64,000 nt of DNA, taken from Eubacteriales bacterium. GTDB taxonomy: Bacteria; Bacillota; Clostridia; Oscillospirales; CAG-272. The stretch's first letter is position 1. Every line of letters begins with the position of its first letter. The notes below the pieces were generated by a model that saw only the letters and a program-made list of their open reading frames with translations, was not told the origin of the DNA and searched no databases. Below, piece after piece: positions 57,592 through 64,000 of this stretch. The stretch is taken from positions 220 to 64,219 of the forward strand of contig JBGVPD010000014.1 of assembly GCA_045126815.1 (NCBI GenBank), read 5' to 3'. The position numbers were made by a program, and so were the translations under genes.

Positions 57592-58338
57592 ATGAAAAAG
57601 AATTACGGAAAAGATTTATTTGATTTGATTTCTGACGTTTCTTCAAATGAATACGTCAAAATTGCCAAACAGTATTGTAAAAACAGCAAGACCGCAAAGT
57701 GTATTAAAAATATAAAAGAAACGGTTTCAGAAGACGTAAAGACAGTAAAAGAAAGAGATCCTGCGGCATCGGGGACGGCTGAAGTATTGCTTTTGTATTC
57801 GGGACTTCACGCAGTTTGGGCGCATAGGATTTCTCATAAATTATACAAGAAAAACCATAAATTTTCCGCTCGTATGATAAGTCAGGCGGCAAAAGCGGTA
57901 ACAGGAATAGAAATACATCCCGGAGCTACGATCGGTAAGAATTTGTTTATCGACCACGGTGCAGGAGTTGTTATCGGTGAGACTACCGAAATAGGTGACA
58001 ACTGTACGTTATATCAGGGAGTAACGCTCGGCGGTACCGGTAAAGATACGGGCAAAAGACACCCCACTTTAGGAGATAACGTTATGGTGGGTGCGGGTGC
58101 AAGAGTTCTTGGTCCTTTTAAGGTGGGAGATGGTTCAAAAATTGCCGCAAACGCAGTAGTTCTTGACGAGGTTCCCGAGAACTGTACTGCCGTAGGCATA
58201 CCTGCAAAGGTGGTAAAAAGAAACAATAAAAGAGTTGCCGACGATCTCGACCACATTCATATTCCCGACCCTGTGGCTCAGGAGATAGCCCGTTTGGAAG
58301 CAAGAATAAAAGAGCTTGAAGAAAAATCGGGGAAATAA
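57592..58338 (+). CDS. cysE: serine O-acetyltransferase
   Basis: 248 aa with hexapeptide repeats and GIEIHPGATIG. Confidence 0.92.
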   Translation: MKKNYGKDLFDLISDVSSNEYVKIAKQYCKNSKTAKCIKNIKETVSEDVKTVKERDPAASGTAEVLLLYSGLHAVWAHRISHKLYKKNHKFSARMISQAAKAVTGIEIHPGATIGKNLFIDHGAGVVIGETTEIGDNCTLYQGVTLGGTGKDTGKRHPTLGDNVMVGAGARVLGPFKVGDGSKIAANAVVLDEVPENCTAVGIPAKVVKRNNKRVADDLDHIHIPDPVAQEIARLEARIKELEEKSGK

Positions 58339-58399
58339 GAAGCAACTTTTTAAACAACGAATAAAGAATATAATTTACTTGAACAGGAGATAATAAAAA

Positions 58400-59800
58400 A
58401 TGAAACTTTACAACACGTTAACCAGACAAAAAGGCGAGTTTACTCCGCTTAAAGACGATACTGTAAGAATATATTCGTGCGGTCCCACTGTTTACGGCTA
58501 TGCTCATATCGGTAATATGAGAACGTATGTATTTATGGACTTTTTGCGCAGAACTTTGCAGTGGAACGGATATAAGCTTCTCCACGCTATGAATATTACC
58601 GACGTAGGACACCTTGTAAGTGATTCGGACGACGGTGAAGATAAGATGAACAAAACAGCGCGCGAACAGAAGAAGACGCCTTGGGAAATTGCCGAATATT
58701 ATACAGGCGTATTCCTTCGCGATATCAAGAGACTTAACATACAGGTGCCCGAAATAGTTCCGAAAGCTACTATGCATATTCAGGAAATGATCGATTTTGT
58801 TCAAGGTTTGCTTGATACGGGTTATGCTTATGAGACGAGCGACGGTATTTACTACGATATCAAGAAGTTTAAGGATTACGGTAAACTCTCAAGAATGAAC
58901 TTTGACGAAAACCAAGCGGGCGCTCGTGTTGAAGTAAACAGCGAAAAAAGACACCCTGCAGATTTTGCGCTTTGGAAAAAGGCAGATCCTACTCATATTA
59001 TGCAGTGGGAGTCTCCTTGGGGGATGGGTTATCCCGGTTGGCATATAGAATGTTCGGCTATGGGACTTAAGTACCTCGGCGAAGAATTTGACATTCATAC
59101 AGGCGGTGTTGACCATATTCCGATACACCATGAAAATGAAATAGCCCAGACTTGCGGACTTTTGGGACATCCTGCGGCAAAATGGTGGATACACGGCGAA
59201 TTTATGCTTGTTGACGGTGGTAAGATGTCAAAAAGCTTGGGCAATACTTATACTCTTGATCAGCTTCAAGAAAAGGGATATTCACCTATGGTGTTCAGAT
59301 ATTTCTGCTTGAATGCGCATTACAGCCAGAAGCTCAACTTTACTTTTGAGGGTATGGATTCGGCTAAAAAGTCTTTGAAGAATCTTAAAAACCAAATCAA
59401 GAAACACAAGGGTGCTGAAGGTAAGGTAGATAAGGAAGTTATTGATAACTTTACAAAAGAGTTTGAAGACGCGATAAACGACGACCTTAATATTCCTAAG
59501 GCTTTAGGCGCTGTATGGAATATGGCAAGATACGAAACGAAGTCAAACGATCTTTATGAGCTTATAATCCGTTGTGACTCTATTCTCGGTATAGATCTTG
59601 ACAAAGAAGATGTTGAAGAGGAAGTACAGAATACCGTTGACAGCGAACTTGACAGAGAGATCAAAGAGCAGATCGCTTTAAGAGCAGAGGCTAAGAAAGC
59701 AAAAAATTATGCTGAAGCAGACAGAATAAGAAACGAACTCGCAAACCGCGGAATAATATTGACCGATACGAAGGACGGCACAACTTATTCCATAAAATAA
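58400..59800 (+). CDS. cysS: cysteine--tRNA ligase
   Basis: 466 aa with HIGN and KMSKS motifs. Confidence 0.96.
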   Translation: MKLYNTLTRQKGEFTPLKDDTVRIYSCGPTVYGYAHIGNMRTYVFMDFLRRTLQWNGYKLLHAMNITDVGHLVSDSDDGEDKMNKTAREQKKTPWEIAEYYTGVFLRDIKRLNIQVPEIVPKATMHIQEMIDFVQGLLDTGYAYETSDGIYYDIKKFKDYGKLSRMNFDENQAGARVEVNSEKRHPADFALWKKADPTHIMQWESPWGMGYPGWHIECSAMGLKYLGEEFDIHTGGVDHIPIHHENEIAQTCGLLGHPAAKWWIHGEFMLVDGGKMSKSLGNTYTLDQLQEKGYSPMVFRYFCLNAHYSQKLNFTFEGMDSAKKSLKNLKNQIKKHKGAEGKVDKEVIDNFTKEFEDAINDDLNIPKALGAVWNMARYETKSNDLYELIIRCDSILGIDLDKEDVEEEVQNTVDSELDREIKEQIALRAEAKKAKNYAEADRIRNELANRGIILTDTKDGTTYSIK

Positions 59801-59822
59801 AGATGAAACAAGAGGAAAACAG

Positions 59823-61262
59823 ATGTTCAAAAAGTTATTGATCGTATTTTTCTTGCTTTTGTTTTGCATAGTAAGTATGACATCGTGTTTTGTTGTTGTT
59901 AACAAAGATAACGTTAATAAAGACAGTGATAGCGGTAAAGAGACTACACAAACTACAGAAAAGCCGCAGAAGGTATCTCCTTTGCCGGACGTGCTTGAAA
60001 ACGCTGTGAATAAATCGGAAGAAGCGTTAAGTAAAGCCTTTGCTGATAAGAACTTCCAAAATCAAAGCTTTACTGTAACTATGGCTCAGGATACGTTTGT
60101 TAAGACGAGCTTGAAAGAGCAGACGACTTTTTTACGTGCGCTTCAGCTGCAGAGTAAAGTGATATCAGAGAGATTGAATTGTACTTTATATGTTAACCGT
60201 TTCCCGTATTCGTCAATTTTGAGTGATACCAAAACTGCAATAGAAACCGGCGCTTTTTATGCTGATCTTTTGATAGTTCCGCAAAAGAGCATAGGTTACT
60301 TAAGGCAGAACGGTGTTTTATACGATTTAAAAGAATTGTATGACGATGCTTTGGGGGAAGACGATTGCGACGTTGCCAACACCTTGCAAATGCTGGGCGG
60401 AAACAGCTTGTACGGGGTAGTAGGGAATGGCGTACTTTCTCCGGGGGCATACTACTGTGTGTTTTTTAACAAAGATATTACTAATTCTTTTGGTCTGACG
60501 TCGGAATTGTATGAAAATGCCAAAAACGGAAACTGGACTTTATCTTCTATGGTTGAAAGCGGAAGAGAATGTGTAAGCGGAGATGTCTTCGTAACGGGTT
60601 CCGAGAAACAAGAGGCGTTCATTGAGGCTTTGTTTTCTGCTTCGGGAATGAAGTATTTTAATACTGAAAACGAAGGATTGCCTACGGTTAAAGATAACGG
60701 TGACAGATTTGGTGATTTCGTTGAATATATGAGACAGTTAATTGTATCAGGAGAGTTGATTATCGGTGACGATGCTTTTGATATGTTCAAAAACGGTAAA
60801 TCGGTTTTCTATATAGATACGCTTGACAAGGCTTTGGAGCTTAATAATAATTTTGGTATTCTTCCTTTGCCTAAGTATGATGCAGAACAGGATAAATATT
60901 ATACTCATACATCGGGGGAGGCTTTGGTGTTTACCGTTCCGAAAACTAAGGCTAAGACCGAATATTCTTTAGATCTGATAAAAGCTTACAACAGAACGTC
61001 AGAACTTATAGAAGATGCTTTTGCAAGAGATTTTCTTGATGACGTGCTAAGAGATTCGCAATCATATTCTATGTTAAAGATAATATTTGAAAGTGCATCT
61101 TACGATTTTGCGTATATGTACGGAGAATTATATCCGTCAGTGGCGGATATAAGTTATAACGCTTTGATAAAAGCGGTAAACGGGGATGACACGTTTGAAA
61201 ATTACGTAAAGGCTAATCAGGGACAGTTTGATAAAGATATGAAAGCTTTGTTTGCAAAGTAA
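59823..61262 (+). CDS. lipoprotein, ABC-type solute-binding-protein-like (orphan; no permease genes adjacent)
   Basis: Signal peptide and lipobox ...IVSMTSC. The length and scattered motifs (FYADLLIVP, FFNKD, NWT, ILPLPKY) resemble large family-1 sugar-binding lipoproteins. The assignment is tentative. Confidence 0.45.
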   Translation: MFKKLLIVFFLLLFCIVSMTSCFVVVNKDNVNKDSDSGKETTQTTEKPQKVSPLPDVLENAVNKSEEALSKAFADKNFQNQSFTVTMAQDTFVKTSLKEQTTFLRALQLQSKVISERLNCTLYVNRFPYSSILSDTKTAIETGAFYADLLIVPQKSIGYLRQNGVLYDLKELYDDALGEDDCDVANTLQMLGGNSLYGVVGNGVLSPGAYYCVFFNKDITNSFGLTSELYENAKNGNWTLSSMVESGRECVSGDVFVTGSEKQEAFIEALFSASGMKYFNTENEGLPTVKDNGDRFGDFVEYMRQLIVSGELIIGDDAFDMFKNGKSVFYIDTLDKALELNNNFGILPLPKYDAEQDKYYTHTSGEALVFTVPKTKAKTEYSLDLIKAYNRTSELIEDAFARDFLDDVLRDSQSYSMLKIIFESASYDFAYMYGELYPSVADISYNALIKAVNGDDTFENYVKANQGQFDKDMKALFAK

Positions 61263-61339
61263 CATATGAATAATGAGTGTGATTTGTAAACAAAATGTTA
61301 AATGATGCGAAATGCTTTACAAATAAGGAAAAATGTGTT

Positions 61340-61459
61340 ATATTTGTAGAGTATGTAAAACGCGAACTCGGTTTTTGGATAAAGTGCAGACGAAGAAAGT
61401 TTGCAGCACCTCCCCCAATTGCTGAAGTTTGGCGAAAATAAATTATGAGGTGAAAGATT
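61340..61459 (+). promoter_or_regulatory. rpsO leader with SD-sequestering helix (candidate S15 autoregulatory leader)
   Basis: CACCTC (61407-61412) is exactly complementary to the SD GAGGTG (61447-61452), extended by an AATT/AATT helix. Candidate promoter TTTACA-17-TATATT at about 61316-61344. Confidence 0.45.
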
Positions 61460-61723
61460 ATGTTGAAAGAACAGAAACAGCAGATTATTGAAGCTAACAA
61501 GCTTCACGACGGAGACACAGGATCCCCTGAAGTACAGATTGCTATCCTTACAGATAGAATCAATACTCTTACAGAGCATCTTAAAAAGAATGCAAATGAC
61601 CATCACTCAAGACGTGGTTTGCTTAAGATGGTAGGTCGCAGAAGAAACCTTCTCAACTACCTTACAAAGAAGGATATCAACCGCTATCGTGCGATTATCG
61701 AAAAACTCGGTATCCGTAAATAA
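61460..61723 (+). CDS. rpsO: 30S ribosomal protein S15
   Basis: 87 aa canonical S15 ([11 protein letters not shown]...HHSRRGL). Confidence 0.97.
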   Translation: MLKEQKQQIIEANKLHDGDTGSPEVQIAILTDRINTLTEHLKKNANDHHSRRGLLKMVGRRRNLLNYLTKKDINRYRAIIEKLGIRK

Positions 61724-61738
61724 AACACGCTTAAAATG

Positions 61739-61762
61739 GGGCAGAATTTTACGGTTCTGCCC
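61739..61762 (+). terminator. hairpin after rpsO (weak or partial terminator)
   Basis: GGGCAGAA-ttttacgg-TTCTGCCC with no clear T-tract, consistent with read-through into pnp. Confidence 0.45.
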
Positions 61763-61902
61763 TATAGGTTTATATACCAAAAAATAAAAACAAAAAGGCA
61801 TAGTAAATTTTAGCAATTAAACAAGTGCCCGATAAATGTATGTCGGACATAGGTTTAAGTGCTAAAACCTATGCCGTAGTAATGAAAAAACGGAGGAAGA
61901 AA

Positions 61903-64000
61903 ATGTTTGAGAATTTTAAGACATTCGAGTATGAATTGTCAGGCAGAAAGCTTGTAATTGAAACAGGCAAAATGGCAGGACTTGCAAACGGTTCTTGCTT
62001 GGTTCGCTTTGGCGACACGGTAATACTTGCGACCGCAACAGCAAGCGCGAAACCCAGAGACGGTATTGACTTTTTACCCCTTTCGGTTGATTTTGAAGAA
62101 AGACTTTACGCTGTGGGAAGAATTCCCGGCGGTTACCTTAAGAGAGAGGGTAAGCCCTCTGAAAAGGCTATTTTGACATCACGTGTTATTGACAGACCTA
62201 TCAGACCTTTGTTCCCGAAGGATCTTCGTAACGACGTTAACCTCAGCCTTACAGTTCTTTGCGTTGATAACGACAACAGCCCCGAAATTGCAGGTATGAT
62301 CGGTGCATCTATTGCGCTTTCAATATCCGATATTCCGTGGAACGGACCTATTGCAGGTGTGTTTGTAGGTTTGGTTGACGGTCAGGTTGTGCTTAACCCC
62401 ACTGTTGAACAGAGAGAAAAGAGCGACCTCGAACTTACAGTTGCAGGTAGCCTTAACAAAGTTGTTATGATCGAAGCGGGAGCTAAAGAAGTTAGCGATG
62501 ACGATATGTTTAACGCTATTATGACAGCTCACGAAGAAATCAAGAATATTTGTAACTTTATCAACTCAATCGTTGCAGAGGTTGGCAAACCTAAATTCGA
62601 TTATCCTTCATGCGAATTTGACCATGAGATGTTTGATAAGGTATTTGATTTCTGTGAAAAAGACGTTATGTTTGCTCTTGACACTGATGACAAGAACGTT
62701 CGTGACGAAAGAATGCAGCCTATAACTGATGCTATCGTAGAAAAGTTCAGCGAAGAATATCCCGAAATGCCCGATATTATCGGCGAACTTATTTATAAGA
62801 TCCAGAAGAAGATCGTACGCCGTTGGTTGCTTGAAGACGGCAAACGTGTTGACGGAAGAAGAATGGATCAGATCAGACCCTTGGCGGCTGAAGTTGGTTT
62901 GTTTAACCGTACACACGGAAGCGGTATGTTCACACGTGGACAGACACAGGTTATGACTGTTGCAACACTCGGTCCTATAGGTGATGCGCAGATCCTTGAC
63001 GGTATTGATACAGAAGAAACAAAGAGATATATGCACCACTACAATATGCCCGGATATTCCGTTGGTGAAGCAAAATCATCAAGAGGTCCCGGCAGACGTG
63101 AGATCGGTCACGGTGCTTTGGCAGAACGTTCACTCGTTCCCGTACTTCCTTCTGTTGAAGAATTCCCCTACGCTATCAGATGCGTATCTGAAGTTATCAG
63201 CTCAAACGGCTCAACTTCACAGGCATCAGTTTGCGGTTCAACTCTTGCTCTTATGGATGCAGGTGTTCCGATCAAAGCGCCCGTTGCAGGTATTTCTTGC
63301 GGTCTTATTACTGAAGGCGAACGTTGGATGACAATGATCGATATTCAGGGACTTGAAGACTTTTACGGCGATATGGACTTTAAGGTAGCAGGTACACACA
63401 AGGGTATCACATCAATTCAGATGGACCTTAAGATCGACGGTTTGACACCTGAAATTATTAAGAACGCCCTTGAAGTAACACACAAGGGAAGAGATTATAT
63501 CATTGATGAGATTATTCTCAAGGCTATTCCCGAAGCAAGAGAAGACGTTTCCGAATACGCTCCCAAGATGCTCACAATGCATATCGATCCCGACAAGATC
63601 AGAGAAGTTATCGGTTCGGGCGGTAAGGTTATTCAGAAGATTGTTGCTGACACAGGCGCTAAGATCGATATCGAAGACGACGGAACGATTTATATTTCCG
63701 CAGTTAACAGAGACAGCGCTTATGCCGCTAAGACTATTATTGACGGTATAGTATTCGAGCCCGAAGTAGGTGCAATCTACACAGGTAAGGTTACAAGAAT
63801 TATTCCTATCGGCGCATTCGTTGAATTTGCTCCCGGTAAGGAAGGTTTAGTTCACATTTCAAAGCTCGATTATAAGAGAGTTGAAAAGGTTGAAGACGTT
63901 TGTAACGAGGGTGATGTAATTACCGTTAAGTTTATGGGAACAGACGAAAAGGGCAGACTTAACCTTTCAAGAAGAGATACTCTTCCCAAACCCGAAGGTT
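61903..64000 (+). CDS. pnp: polyribonucleotide nucleotidyltransferase (PNPase), partial; C-terminus beyond right edge
   Basis: ATG 61903 follows SD GGAGGAAG, and the frame stays open to the window end. Two RNase PH domains are present, followed by KH (IGSGGKVIQKI) and S1 (GKVTRIIPIGAFVEF). Confidence 0.96.
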   Translation, partial: MFENFKTFEYELSGRKLVIETGKMAGLANGSCLVRFGDTVILATATASAKPRDGIDFLPLSVDFEERLYAVGRIPGGYLKREGKPSEKAILTSRVIDRPIRPLFPKDLRNDVNLSLTVLCVDNDNSPEIAGMIGASIALSISDIPWNGPIAGVFVGLVDGQVVLNPTVEQREKSDLELTVAGSLNKVVMIEAGAKEVSDDDMFNAIMTAHEEIKNICNFINSIVAEVGKPKFDYPSCEFDHEMFDKVFDFCEKDVMFALDTDDKNVRDERMQPITDAIVEKFSEEYPEMPDIIGELIYKIQKKIVRRWLLEDGKRVDGRRMDQIRPLAAEVGLFNRTHGSGMFTRGQTQVMTVATLGPIGDAQILDGIDTEETKRYMHHYNMPGYSVGEAKSSRGPGRREIGHGALAERSLVPVLPSVEEFPYAIRCVSEVISSNGSTSQASVCGSTLALMDAGVPIKAPVAGISCGLITEGERWMTMIDIQGLEDFYGDMDFKVAGTHKGITSIQMDLKIDGLTPEIIKNALEVTHKGRDYIIDEIILKAIPEAREDVSEYAPKMLTMHIDPDKIREVIGSGGKVIQKIVADTGAKIDIEDDGTIYISAVNRDSAYAAKTIIDGIVFEPEVGAIYTGKVTRIIPIGAFVEFAPGKEGLVHISKLDYKRVEKVEDVCNEGDVITVKFMGTDEKGRLNLSRRDTLPKPEG

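Noticed and set aside
1-64000. Window-wide look for mobile elements, CRISPR arrays, prophage or defence islands, and tRNA/rRNA genes.
   Set aside because: No transposase, integrase or recombinase-like ORFs are present. There are no regularly spaced direct repeats and no tRNA-like cloverleaf candidates in the short intergenic gaps. Every large ORF has a housekeeping or metabolic assignment or a simple envelope-protein architecture.

Overview
This window looks like low-GC Firmicutes (Clostridia-like) core chromosome, densely packed with housekeeping genes. On the + strand: rpmG-secE-nusG-rplK-rplA, a Fur/PerR-like regulator with rubrerythrin, T-box-thrS, T-box-cysE-cysS, and rpsO-pnp. On the - strand: a complete arginine operon (argG-H-C-J-B-D-F), comM, rpsU, yhbY-nadD-yqeK-(2x LCP)-rsfS-leuS, dprA-topA-trmFO-plsX-rnc-radical SAM-smc-ftsY-rdgB, infC-rpmI-rplT and purE-F-N-H. 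mgtE and a few enzyme and cell-wall genes fill the rest. I found no transposase or integrase, CRISPR array, prophage, tRNA/rRNA gene or recognisable defence or toxin cassette, so I do not claim a novel multi-gene system. The items worth a second look are small and mostly at RNA level. (1) The purEFNH leader matches no purine or ZTP aptamer I can recognise; it carries an SD-preceded 40-codon sORF whose stop codon sits inside a strong terminator stem. (2) A 77-nt GC-rich, two-hairpin element occurs twice (13.56 kb and 51.77 kb) in the same orientation in convergent intergenic gaps, with one compensatory base-pair change. (3) The mgtE leader is atypical. (4) A terminator-like hairpin lies immediately downstream of the rpmG-secE-nusG promoter. 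Three genes under 60 aa are missing from the ORF track (rpmG, rpsU, candidate sORF). Two genes run off the window edges (RumA-like methyltransferase, pnp). All coordinates, start-site choices and RNA calls come from reading the sequence by eye, with no search or folding software.
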